Shown here: positions 17,976 through 26,890 of the stretch, piece after piece | How the letters are laid out: the number at the start of each line of letters is the position of its first letter | Numbering within the stretch: position 1 is the stretch's first letter | Assembly: GCA_964509125.1 (NCBI GenBank) | Contig: CAZDVZ010000001.1 | Location: forward strand, 7,070-71,069 | Reading direction: 5' to 3' | Length of the DNA: 64,000 bases | Source of the DNA: an uncultured Oscillospiraceae bacterium | GTDB taxonomy: Bacteria > Bacillota > Clostridia > Oscillospirales > CAG-382 | Made by a program: the position numbers and the translations under genes | Notes under the pieces: generated by a model | Database searches by the model: none | What the model saw: the letters and a program-made list of their open reading frames with translations, nothing else | Told to the model about the DNA's origin: nothing

Positions 17976-19349
17976 TTAATCTGTGGGCGGATAATAATCT
18001 TTTGACATTCCGTTTTTGTACTTTTTAATTATCCTAAAAATAAAGCACCCCAGCGACCAAGCAACGAAAGCTGCTCCAAGTATAACTATGCCTTTTACGG
18101 CAAAAAGCAAAAGATCACTCTCAAGCCAGCTTAAAAATCTGTCCCAAAAAGAAAGCATTTCACTAAGCTCTGCGCCTTCCTTCGTAGCGAGGGGTACTGT
18201 TGCTATAGGTGTACCGTTTTGATATATAGTCACTTCTCCCACAATGGTTCCCGCTTCCACGGGAGCATCAAGCATGGCTTGATAAAATGTAGGCTCCGCA
18301 ACATAATTTATTTTTTCGGCGGTAATGTCCGCAAGAACTCTTACGGTTTCCGTAGGAACAGCCATCAGCGAATCCTTTTTCGCGGAAAGATTTACGCCGA
18401 TGGAAAAACTATATTCCTCTGAATCCGGAGAAATTATGCTTCTGATCTCAAAACTTTCCTTAAGCCACGGAACAATCTTATGTACGTCCGCATAAGCGTT
18501 TTCATCTCCAAACCAGCGTTTTCCCGTCTGTGCATCTCTCTTCTCGCCGGAAGCATCCATAACACAAATAATATACGAAAGCTCATTTGAAGAATAATAT
18601 GCAATGAGGCAATAACCTCCGTCTTCCGTTGCCTGCCCTGCACATATTCCCTTAACAGAGGAAAGCTTATAATCTGTTATAAGAAAATCGGAAGTAAGGT
18701 AATTTTTGTTATGTAAAGTTCCAATTCCCGAAGTGACAGACTTGCTTGCGGAAGAAATATCTATAAGGGTTTTCACCTTTGAAAACTCAGCAGCTATCAA
18801 TGCGCTGTCATACGGCGTTGTAACAGATCCGTCATTTAATCCGACGCACCCCTTGTACACCGTATTAGTTGCGCCTATCGCCTTTGCCTTATCATTCATC
18901 ATTTCAACAAAAGCTCCGATGTCGCCTTTCCCAACATAATAAGCAAGAGCGATGCCGGCATCATTGGAGGAAGATACTGTCAATGCACACAAAAGATCTT
19001 TCACCGTATATTCTTTTCCCACTGTAAGTCCCATTCTCGGCGCGCTGATCAATCCCATTTCTCCAATATATTGACTCATGGACGCCTCGTTGGGAACTGT
19101 TACCGTTTCCGTCACAGACGAAACATTTTCATATACAACAAGCGCAGTCATCATCTTTGCGGTAGCAGTTGCCGGAATCTGAACATCACTGTCTATATCC
19201 ATGGGCATTTCGCCTGTTTCCAGATTTAAAACACAAATTTTGTTCCCTGACGTAATGGAGGGCCTGGAAACGGGTTCGGCAAAAACAGTAAAAGAAAACG
19301 CCATTCCCAAAAGGAGTATTACAGCCATTACAGCACATATTTTTTTCAT
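17976..19349 (-). CDS. PBP5/DacB-like D-alanyl-D-alanine carboxypeptidase-fold protein (S11 family), signal peptide and C-terminal TM; active-site motifs look degenerate
   Basis: Family landmarks are present (SSSNDAGIALA, TPYDSALIAAEF). The expected SxxK reads PATATAKMMT and the KTG reads VKGICAG. Confidence 0.7.
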   Translation of the reverse strand: MKKICAVMAVILLLGMAFSFTVFAEPVSRPSITSGNKICVLNLETGEMPMDIDSDVQIPATATAKMMTALVVYENVSSVTETVTVPNEASMSQYIGEMGLISAPRMGLTVGKEYTVKDLLCALTVSSSNDAGIALAYYVGKGDIGAFVEMMNDKAKAIGATNTVYKGCVGLNDGSVTTPYDSALIAAEFSKVKTLIDISSASKSVTSGIGTLHNKNYLTSDFLITDYKLSSVKGICAGQATEDGGYCLIAYYSSNELSYIICVMDASGEKRDAQTGKRWFGDENAYADVHKIVPWLKESFEIRSIISPDSEEYSFSIGVNLSAKKDSLMAVPTETVRVLADITAEKINYVAEPTFYQAMLDAPVEAGTIVGEVTIYQNGTPIATVPLATKEGAELSEMLSFWDRFLSWLESDLLLFAVKGIVILGAAFVAWSLGCFIFRIIKKYKNGMSKDYYPPTD

Positions 19350-20278
19350 TATATTATATCCCTTCTCACCTTGAAAAAACTTTCGGCAGATCTGACATCA
19401 GACAACACCTGCACCGCAAGCTCATTAAAGCTTTCAAACTTTTTTTCCTCTCGCAGTAACGAAACCAAGCTGACCCTTATAGCGCGGTCATATAGATTAA
19501 AGCTTTGTCCCAAAACATGAGTCTCGCAAAGAATTACCTTTTTTTCTTCGTTTATAGTGGGACGTATGCCAATATTTGACACGCTGGGATACATCACACC
19601 GTCAATTTGACACATGGTGGCGTAAACCCCAAATCGAGGAGCGACGCGCCACTCCGGAAAAATCAAATTTGCCGTGGGAACGCCTATAGTGCGTCCGTTC
19701 GCGTTGCCATGAACTACCGGTAACATAAACGAGTACGGTCTGCCCAAAAGCTTGTTGGCTTTCTCAACCATTCCCAAAGAAATACATTCTCTTACCGCAG
19801 ATGAACTGGCAACAGTTCCGTCAACATAAACAGGCGGCATCACATAGCTTCCCACGCCACGTTCCCAAAGCCTTTCTTTGAGAGTTGCGGCGTTGCCCTT
19901 TTTCCCCTTGCCATACGTAAAATTGAAGCCGCACACCACGTAACGCGCACCAAACTCTCCCGCAAGCCATTTATCAACAAATTCTTTTTCTTCCACGTGG
20001 CAAAACTTTTCAAAATCCGCAAGATATGTTGCAGACACTCCTTCCTCTTCAAAGAAGGAAAGTCTTTCCGAAAGAGTGGAAATATATCTGTGCTCGCCGT
20101 TAAAGCTATTTGGATGCTTTTTAAAAGTCCAGACCAAAAGAGGTAAATTCATCTCAGCGCCAAGCTGCCTTGCTTTTTGCAAAAGCTGTCTGTGCCCCAC
20201 GTGAACACCGTCAAAATTTCCTATTATAATAATATTCCCGTTATTTAACGGCAAATTTGAATCTTCAATAATTTTCAT
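19349..20278 (-). CDS. ribF: bifunctional riboflavin kinase / FMN adenylyltransferase
   Basis: Motif IIIGNFDGVHVGHRQLL and kinase-half motifs (GRTIGVPTAN). Its stop overlaps the downstream start (TAATG). Confidence 0.92.
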   Translation of the reverse strand: MKIIEDSNLPLNNGNIIIIGNFDGVHVGHRQLLQKARQLGAEMNLPLLVWTFKKHPNSFNGEHRYISTLSERLSFFEEEGVSATYLADFEKFCHVEEKEFVDKWLAGEFGARYVVCGFNFTYGKGKKGNAATLKERLWERGVGSYVMPPVYVDGTVASSSAVRECISLGMVEKANKLLGRPYSFMLPVVHGNANGRTIGVPTANLIFPEWRVAPRFGVYATMCQIDGVMYPSVSNIGIRPTINEEKKVILCETHVLGQSFNLYDRAIRVSLVSLLREEKKFESFNELAVQVLSDVRSAESFFKVRRDII

Positions 20279-20427
20279 TTTTCTCTCCCGAAAAAGTATG
20301 CGCCCACATATACACGATAAGTATATACATTATTTTTTCCTTTGTCAAGAGTTTGAGGAATAATATTTTCATCCAAAAGCATAATATTTATAGAAATTAC
20401 AAACTCAAAGGAAAAGGAGCTGATCTC

Positions 20428-22548
20428 TTGAACGAAAAACACGGCGGTGTTATTCTTGCGGGTGGAAAAGGGTCGAGACTCATGCCGTTAACCGCAAAGC
20501 TGCCAAAGCCTTTACTTCCCGTCGGACGAAAAACTCCTTTGGAAAGAGGCGTATGCGCCCTTGTCGATTCGGGTGTAAATAATATTGCCATCACAACAGG
20601 ATATCTTTACAATGAAACAGAGAAATTTGCCTTCAAGGGTGCCAATTTAACATACTACAGAGAATCCGTTCCCATGGGGACAGCGGGAATGGTTTTTGAA
20701 ATAACGCCGAATTTAACCGAAGACTTTTTTGTTTTGTCCGGAGACTGTGTTTTTGAACTTTCTCTTTCAGAAATGATGAGGTATCACAAAGAAAAAAACG
20801 CCGCAGTAACCATTGCCTCTGTAACATCATATGAGCCTACAGATTATGGTACGATAGTAACCCAAAACGGCATCGTCACAGAATTTCGTGAAAAACCATC
20901 TTGGAAACAAGTAATCTCCACCAAGATCAATGGAGGAATATATATAATAAATAGAAGGGTATTTGAAAAATACGGAAAAGGCTGTTCGGATTTTGCCTCT
21001 GAATTATTTCCTATACTGCTCAGTTCGGGAGAGACGATCGCCTGCTTTGAAAGCAATGATTATTGGTGCGACATGGGGACTCCCCAAAGTTATCATCAAT
21101 GTAATATGCATTTTTCGGACGGAGAAAACGTCATGGGAGATTATATCTGCATTTCTCCAAAATCAAAGATAGAAAACTCCGTTATTATGAACGGCGTGAA
21201 AATCGGAGAAGGCTCAAAAGTTTTTTCTTCGATTTTGGGAGAAGGGGTTTCCGTTGGAAAAAACTGTTATATAGAAAATGCAGTTATTGGACACGATGCT
21301 TTGATATGCGACGATTGTACGGTGAAAAAAAGCGGAGCGGTTTCGTGTGATTCCATTTTGGGAAAAGGAAAAACCGTTTTGGGAAAGGAGCAAAGCAACA
21401 TTTCTTTTTTCGACAGCGGTACGGTTAAATTTAGAAAAACAAACGAAGAACTTCCATCCTTGTTGGGAAAAGCGCTCGCGCATATTTCTCGCGGAAGGGA
21501 GATACACTTTTTTTGCGGAGAAACGACTCGGGAAAAAGAAATTTGCACACGCATATACGAAAATGCGCTTTCTTACGGCGGAAAATCCGTATTTCCACAA
21601 ATCGCATTTCCCTCCCTCGCTTCTTTCATTTCATCGGAAACAAATTCTCTTTCCGTTCATCTTTCTCTTTGGTCGGATGAAGTCACGGTTTTAATATTTG
21701 ATGAAACGGGAATACTGCTCTCAAGAGAAGAACAAATTGAGATAGAAAAATTTTCGCCGTCAAAGCCTCTTCCTCTAAAAGAGAAGACTTACTCCAAAGA
21801 CCCTTTGGAAATTTATACGAAATTCATGGAGAAACACGTTCCCACCATGCCGGGAACAAAGGTTTCTTTTGTTTCAAAAAATTTGCCCTCGACTTTGTGT
21901 GGTAAAATAATATCCCTAAAAGAAGGTGTCTGGAGTTGGGAGAACGAAGAAGATTACAATAGCTTTTTCATAAGCGACGATGGCATGGACGTTTCTTGCC
22001 ACACAAAAGAAGGTGTACACCTTGATAAAATGCATCTTTTGGCAATTGCCGCAATTTACTTTCCAACAGAAGATATTTTTCTGCCCGATCACGTGCCGGA
22101 AGGGATAAAAAATCTTTTGATCTGTTCCGGGGGAACTTTCAAGCTTTATAGCGATTCTTTAAAAGGAAGAAACCGAAGCAAAAGCTTTTTTTCATACAAC
22201 GACGGAATATCTATCGCTCTTGGAGCAATAGCAGCATCGGCGTTGTCGGGACTGTCATTAGACGAAATAAGTAAAAAGCTTCCCCCTTTCGCTTTTATGG
22301 AAAAAACAGTTCCTTTTCAAGGAAACAAAGGAAGGGCTTTTGAAGACATTTTGGCAACCTCAAAAAGAAATACGCTTTCTGGTGCAACGTATACAACGGA
22401 AAAAGGCAAAATCTCTATTGTGCCTCAGTATAAGAACGCATTTAAAATTTTTGCCGAATCCGCATCATCCGAAGTTGCAGAAGAACTTATTTTAGAAGCG
22501 GAAGAAAATTTAAAACTGCTTCACTTTAACAAAAGTGAATTTCAATAA
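20428..22548 (+). CDS. sugar-phosphate nucleotidyltransferase + left-handed beta-helix + degenerate phosphohexomutase-like C-terminal region
   Basis: TTG start at 20428 lies 7 nt after AAGGAG. Motif ILAGGKGSRLMPLT..LPKPLLPV, then hexapeptide repeats. The C-terminal half resembles PGM/PMM domains, but the TASHNP, DGDGDR and SGTEP positions read otherwise. Confidence 0.75.
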   Translation: MNEKHGGVILAGGKGSRLMPLTAKLPKPLLPVGRKTPLERGVCALVDSGVNNIAITTGYLYNETEKFAFKGANLTYYRESVPMGTAGMVFEITPNLTEDFFVLSGDCVFELSLSEMMRYHKEKNAAVTIASVTSYEPTDYGTIVTQNGIVTEFREKPSWKQVISTKINGGIYIINRRVFEKYGKGCSDFASELFPILLSSGETIACFESNDYWCDMGTPQSYHQCNMHFSDGENVMGDYICISPKSKIENSVIMNGVKIGEGSKVFSSILGEGVSVGKNCYIENAVIGHDALICDDCTVKKSGAVSCDSILGKGKTVLGKEQSNISFFDSGTVKFRKTNEELPSLLGKALAHISRGREIHFFCGETTREKEICTRIYENALSYGGKSVFPQIAFPSLASFISSETNSLSVHLSLWSDEVTVLIFDETGILLSREEQIEIEKFSPSKPLPLKEKTYSKDPLEIYTKFMEKHVPTMPGTKVSFVSKNLPSTLCGKIISLKEGVWSWENEEDYNSFFISDDGMDVSCHTKEGVHLDKMHLLAIAAIYFPTEDIFLPDHVPEGIKNLLICSGGTFKLYSDSLKGRNRSKSFFSYNDGISIALGAIAASALSGLSLDEISKKLPPFAFMEKTVPFQGNKGRAFEDILATSKRNTLSGATYTTEKGKISIVPQYKNAFKIFAESASSEVAEELILEAEENLKLLHFNKSEFQ

Positions 22549-22629
22549 AGGAAAATTCCTTTTTCTCGTTTTTGACAATATTACACAAAAACATTGAAAT
22601 AATTTTTTTTATTTTTTTTGATTTTTCTA

Positions 22630-22658
22630 TTGACAAATCGTTAGAAAAGCATTATACT
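22630..22658 (+). promoter_or_regulatory. sigma-A-type promoter upstream of the 22774 gene
   Basis: TTGACA, 17 nt spacer, TATACT. The leader is roughly 110 nt. Confidence 0.6.
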
Positions 22659-22773
22659 GTATTCACTATCGTGATAATGTGGTTTTATGGATGCGTATTG
22701 GGCATTGTTCATTCTCCACGGTCACTCCGTTTTTTGAAACGATAACGAGATAACATAAAGGAGTTTAGTCATA

Positions 22774-23367
22774 ATGAAAAAACTTGTTACAATTTTGCTT
22801 GCAGTTGTAGTTCTTTCTGCAATGCTCGTTCCCGCATCTGCTGCTACTGAAGATGAACTTATGGCGAAATTCAAAGAAATTTCCATAAGCCGTCACTTGA
22901 TTACAGAAGTTGAAAACCTTGCCGCCGCTTACGATGTAACCGAAGAACAAGGCGATCAGCTTATGGAACTTCTTGAGGAAGTTAAGGAAGCTTTCCCCGA
23001 AGATAAAGGTCCCGGTTATTACCATCCCGAGGAATTCACAAAAGTTTGGGGCGAGGACAGAACACCTTACACAAGAGAACAGCTTGATGTTATTATGGGC
23101 GCTATTGCAGAAACTTGCGATATTATGGGTTTCACTTATGAATTTGTTGCTACCGAACAACCAATGCACGAACATGACGTTTCTTTCGTCGTTAAAGACG
23201 AAGAAGGCAGAGTTGCTTTCCAGTACGACGGTGACCTTATTCAAAAATTGAGCGAAATTGAAGAAGAACAGTCTTCTGTTCCCCTCTTAGTTGGCGGTCT
23301 TGGTGTTGTTGCTCTTGCCGGAATTGCTGTTCCCGTTGCAAAGCTCAAGAAAAAGGAACAGGAATAA
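22774..23367 (+). CDS. secreted acidic protein with C-terminal hydrophobic segment and basic tail
   Basis: RBS AAAGGAG. Signal peptide MKKLVTILLAVVVLSAMLVPASA. C-terminus SSVPLLVGGLGVVALAGIAVPVAKLKKKEQE. No LPXTG. Confidence 0.7.
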   Translation: MKKLVTILLAVVVLSAMLVPASAATEDELMAKFKEISISRHLITEVENLAAAYDVTEEQGDQLMELLEEVKEAFPEDKGPGYYHPEEFTKVWGEDRTPYTREQLDVIMGAIAETCDIMGFTYEFVATEQPMHEHDVSFVVKDEEGRVAFQYDGDLIQKLSEIEEEQSSVPLLVGGLGVVALAGIAVPVAKLKKKEQE

Positions 23368-23423
23368 TTGCAAATTTTGACACAAAAGCTTTAAAAGCAA
23401 AATAATTTTATAAATTGTTTAGT

Positions 23424-23455
23424 GCGTTCCTTGTAGTTTTACCTTCAAGGAACGC
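23424..23455 (+). terminator. strong hairpin between the 22774 gene and the sortase gene
   Basis: Perfect 10-bp stem GCGTTCCTTG / CAAGGAACGC. The T-tract after it is weak (ATTGTCG), so terminator efficiency is uncertain. Confidence 0.45.
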
Positions 23456-23498
23456 ATTGTCGATATTAGGACTTTTGTCCCCACAGAGGATTTTATCT

Positions 23499-24449
23499 AT
23501 GAAAAATTACGATTTCGATTCTAAAGCAGACAATCAAAAAATCGACGAAAATAAAGAACTTCGCGTCCCAAATGACGAAATTTCCACAGAGGAAAACCAA
23601 AACGTCAATACGGATGAAGTATTGATATCAGAAAACAACTCTAATGATGAGCACCAAAGTCCCACGGAGGCTCGGTCTGATTCTAAAAAAAGCAAAAAAG
23701 GGACAGCGAGTCTTTGCTTGTTGATGATACTTCCGTTTTTACTTTTTACAATAGGTGTAGGTATGATCTCCATTTTCTTTTTCAGAGAATATGTTGAACC
23801 ATCAGTAATTTGGAGATTTGCCGTAAACGCAAACGCCGTGGCAACCCCTCAAGCAAATGAAGACGATGAGCTTCAGTCGAACGGAGAAGTTCTCGGTGGA
23901 AGCATGGCAGAACATTCCATTGAGCCAATAACCAAACCAAACACATCGGAAGACGATTCTTCTGATTCTTCTTCGGAAGAAGGGACAGAACAAATATATT
24001 ACAACAAAGCAGACTTCCCCGCATACAAATGGGGCGAGCTGTGGGCAAAGCTTTCCATCCCCGCCATAGGCTTGGAAGAAAAGAATGTCTATGTGGGTGA
24101 ATCCAATTCCATATACAAAAAAGGCATTGGAAAGCGTTACGGGACAAGATTTCCCGGACAAGGCGGGAATATCGTTCTGGGCGCACACGTTACAAGAGAG
24201 TTTTACGGACTTGTTGACCTTAACATAGGTGACAAAGTATACATTGAAACAGGATATGGCTCATATGTATACGAAGTGTACGAAAAAGTTATCTTTTCCA
24301 CCACCGATTATCAATATGTCATGAATTATGATGATGGAGAGAAACTGACACTTTACACGTGCCATCCAAGAGAAGCCGCATACAGAACAGAACGCTTTGG
24401 CGTTTTGTGCAAAAAAATTTCCGGCCCGGAGTGGATCGAATTGGAATAG
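23499..24449 (+). CDS. sortase-family transpeptidase with cytoplasmic N-terminal region, one TM and an acidic linker
   Basis: Catalytic landmarks are LGAHVT (His), LTLYTCHP (TLxTC Cys) and RTERFGV (Arg). The start at MKNYDF (23499) is chosen because the longer ORF would span the 23424-23455 hairpin. Confidence 0.8.
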   Translation: MKNYDFDSKADNQKIDENKELRVPNDEISTEENQNVNTDEVLISENNSNDEHQSPTEARSDSKKSKKGTASLCLLMILPFLLFTIGVGMISIFFFREYVEPSVIWRFAVNANAVATPQANEDDELQSNGEVLGGSMAEHSIEPITKPNTSEDDSSDSSSEEGTEQIYYNKADFPAYKWGELWAKLSIPAIGLEEKNVYVGESNSIYKKGIGKRYGTRFPGQGGNIVLGAHVTREFYGLVDLNIGDKVYIETGYGSYVYEVYEKVIFSTTDYQYVMNYDDGEKLTLYTCHPREAAYRTERFGVLCKKISGPEWIELE

Positions 24450-24461
24450 GAGAGCGGCATT

Positions 24462-25340
24462 ATGAAAAAAACGATTTTCACGTATATTTTAATTTTTTTG
24501 TTTTGCATTCTTTTTCTCATAGGTTTTCCGTCTGCATTTTTAAGCTCACAGGCGTATGACGTTGATGGGTACATGGAGGAAATAACCTCAAACGGTTATT
24601 CTGAAGTTGTTCTTCAAGCGGTTTATGATCGCTTTGAAGATTTTGGAGATGTAATTACATTGGACGCCGATGCACTTTATGATTTAATTGACGAGGAAAG
24701 CATAGTTGAACATTCGAAAACATATACCAAAACATATTTAGCCTCTATTTTAAACGGCGAATCCTTTTCGGAAGACTCGGTAAAAAAATATGATTTTTCA
24801 TACGCCAAAAATGGCTTAAAGTCACTTCTGGAAGAATATTACCAAACAAGTGAAAGAGAATTTACCGAAGAAGAATTTGTCATAATCTACGACTATATTG
24901 AAACCCAAATAAACAGTGCCATTAAATTTTTACCGACAAACATTTTAGACAAAACCGCTTCGTTAGGTAAATATGCCGTAAAGGCAAAAAGCATATTTAA
25001 TGTCACAAGGTTCATGCTTATTCTTTCGGCTGCCGCTATGGTAGGAATCATTTTACTTTCCTTTAAAAATGGGATAGGAAAAGTACTCTATCGCTCCGGT
25101 GCTTCACTTTTTATTTCAACCGCGCTTTTGTTTGTGCCCTTTTTCTTGTTTAACAACTATAATTTAGGGTCTAAAGTAGTTATTATGAAATCTCCCCTAT
25201 CTGTTGTTTTTTCCTCTGTGCTTGAATACTTGATCGGGGGATTCACCCTATTTACGGGAATACTCTTTGCGCTTGCTTCGCTGCTCGTTGTTGCGGGAAC
25301 GGTACTGACTGTACTAAACGTGGGAAAAAAACACAGCTAA
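24462..25340 (+). CDS. membrane protein of unknown function (N-terminal TM, ~165-aa outside domain, 3-4 C-terminal TMs)
   Basis: RBS TAGGAGAG. Starts 13 nt after the sortase stop. Hydrophobicity pattern read by eye. Confidence 0.65.
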   Translation: MKKTIFTYILIFLFCILFLIGFPSAFLSSQAYDVDGYMEEITSNGYSEVVLQAVYDRFEDFGDVITLDADALYDLIDEESIVEHSKTYTKTYLASILNGESFSEDSVKKYDFSYAKNGLKSLLEEYYQTSEREFTEEEFVIIYDYIETQINSAIKFLPTNILDKTASLGKYAVKAKSIFNVTRFMLILSAAAMVGIILLSFKNGIGKVLYRSGASLFISTALLFVPFFLFNNYNLGSKVVIMKSPLSVVFSSVLEYLIGGFTLFTGILFALASLLVVAGTVLTVLNVGKKHS

Positions 25341-25378
25341 ATAAGCTTAATTATCATTATCAAGGAGAGTAGTTTTTA

Positions 25379-26248
25379 ATGATTGTAGAAAAAGCCATGG
25401 GCAAGATAAATCTCTGCCTTGACATTACAAGCAGACGCTCTGACGGATATCACAACGTGGAAAGCATAATGCACACTGTTCCCATTTGGGACACTGTATA
25501 TATTTCCGAAAGCGAAAATATAACCATAACTTGCACAAACGAAAATGTTCCTACAGGAAACACGAATTTAGCACACAAAGCTGCAGAACTTTTTTTCGGC
25601 AAGACCGAAATTAAAAGCGGAGCAAAAATTCATATTGATAAAAAAATACCCGTGGCGGCGGGCATGGCCGGAGGAAGCTCAGACGCCGCCGCAACATTAC
25701 GAGGGTTAAACAAGATTTATGGCAAGCCACTCTCGCAAAGCGAACTTGAAAATATAGGGGCTTCTTTAGGCGCAGACGTGCCGTTTTGCATAAGGGGCGG
25801 TACAGAAGGCGTCACGGGGATAGGTTACAACTTTGTAAAGGTTGCGCCCCCGCCAAAGTTTATTTATGTCATCGCCTGCGGAGGAGAAGGCATTTCAACA
25901 CCACAAATGTACGGCGAATACGACAAAAGGTATTCCCCGCCCGTTTCTGATGAAACTAAAAATTATTTTACCGGAAAAGCCGAAAACCTGAGAATCGCTC
26001 TTGAAGAAGGAAAAAAAGAACGAATTTTCTCATGTATGTTCAACTGCTTTGAAGAAATTGCCGAAGAAAAGCGACATCACATTAAAATTATTAAGGATAT
26101 AATGAAGGTTAACGGTGCCGTTTTCACTATGATGAGCGGGTCGGGACCATCGGTTTTTGGAATTTTTGAAAGCTTTGAAAAAGCAAAGCTTGCGGAAGAT
26201 CGAATTATAAAAATCGGTGCTTCTGCTTTTGCAATAATCGACGAGTGA
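25379..26248 (+). CDS. ispE: 4-(cytidine 5'-diphospho)-2-C-methyl-D-erythritol kinase
   Basis: Motifs KINLCLDI, DGYH and PVAAGMAGGSSDAAA (GHMP kinase motif). Confidence 0.93.
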   Translation: MIVEKAMGKINLCLDITSRRSDGYHNVESIMHTVPIWDTVYISESENITITCTNENVPTGNTNLAHKAAELFFGKTEIKSGAKIHIDKKIPVAAGMAGGSSDAAATLRGLNKIYGKPLSQSELENIGASLGADVPFCIRGGTEGVTGIGYNFVKVAPPPKFIYVIACGGEGISTPQMYGEYDKRYSPPVSDETKNYFTGKAENLRIALEEGKKERIFSCMFNCFEEIAEEKRHHIKIIKDIMKVNGAVFTMMSGSGPSVFGIFESFEKAKLAEDRIIKIGASAFAIIDE

Positions 26249-26308
26249 TATTTTTGAATAATGCCTTTTCACGATGTCTATACTCCTTTTGTCAAAGGAG
26301 GAGACATC

Positions 26309-26890
26309 ATGAAAAAGATTTCTTTTATAGCCATCCTAACCGCAATCGCCGTTTTTTTCACCATTGAACTTTTCCCATTTAAAGAGAGAAAAATATATTC
26401 GGAGCTTATACGCCTTCATATTTTGGCAAATTCTCAAAGCGACGAGGATATTGAATTAAAATACATGGTGAGAGACGCTGTGTTGAAGGAAAGCGAAAAC
26501 ATTTTTAAAAACCACGAAACTTCCGATGAAGCGAAAGCTGACATGGAAGAAACGGGCAAAAAAATTGAAGAAATTGCAAACCGCGTCCTTCAAGAAAACG
26601 GAAAGAGTTACAAAGCCCACGCAGTTTGGGGAACGGAAACATATCCCCAAAGAGATTATGACGGTTTGTCGTTGCCCGCAGGAGAGTATTATTCTCTTAG
26701 AATAATTTTAGGTGAAGGCGAAGGTGAAAATTGGTGGTGTGTGCTTTTCCCGCCCCTGTGTCTCGGCGCATCAAAAGCCAAAGAAGAACTTGAAAACATT
26801 GGTATAAACGGAAGTTCCGTTAAAACCTTTACAGAAAGCACCCCAAAATATAAATTCAAATTTAAACTTTTAGAGTGGATTTTCGGATGA
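26309..26890 (+). CDS. spoIIR: stage II sporulation protein R
   Basis: Strong RBS AAAGGAGG, 6 nt spacer, ATG. Motifs LIRLHILANSQSDEDIELKYMVRDAVL and GENWWCVLFPPLC. Confidence 0.9.
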   Translation: MKKISFIAILTAIAVFFTIELFPFKERKIYSELIRLHILANSQSDEDIELKYMVRDAVLKESENIFKNHETSDEAKADMEETGKKIEEIANRVLQENGKSYKAHAVWGTETYPQRDYDGLSLPAGEYYSLRIILGEGEGENWWCVLFPPLCLGASKAKEELENIGINGSSVKTFTESTPKYKFKFKLLEWIFG

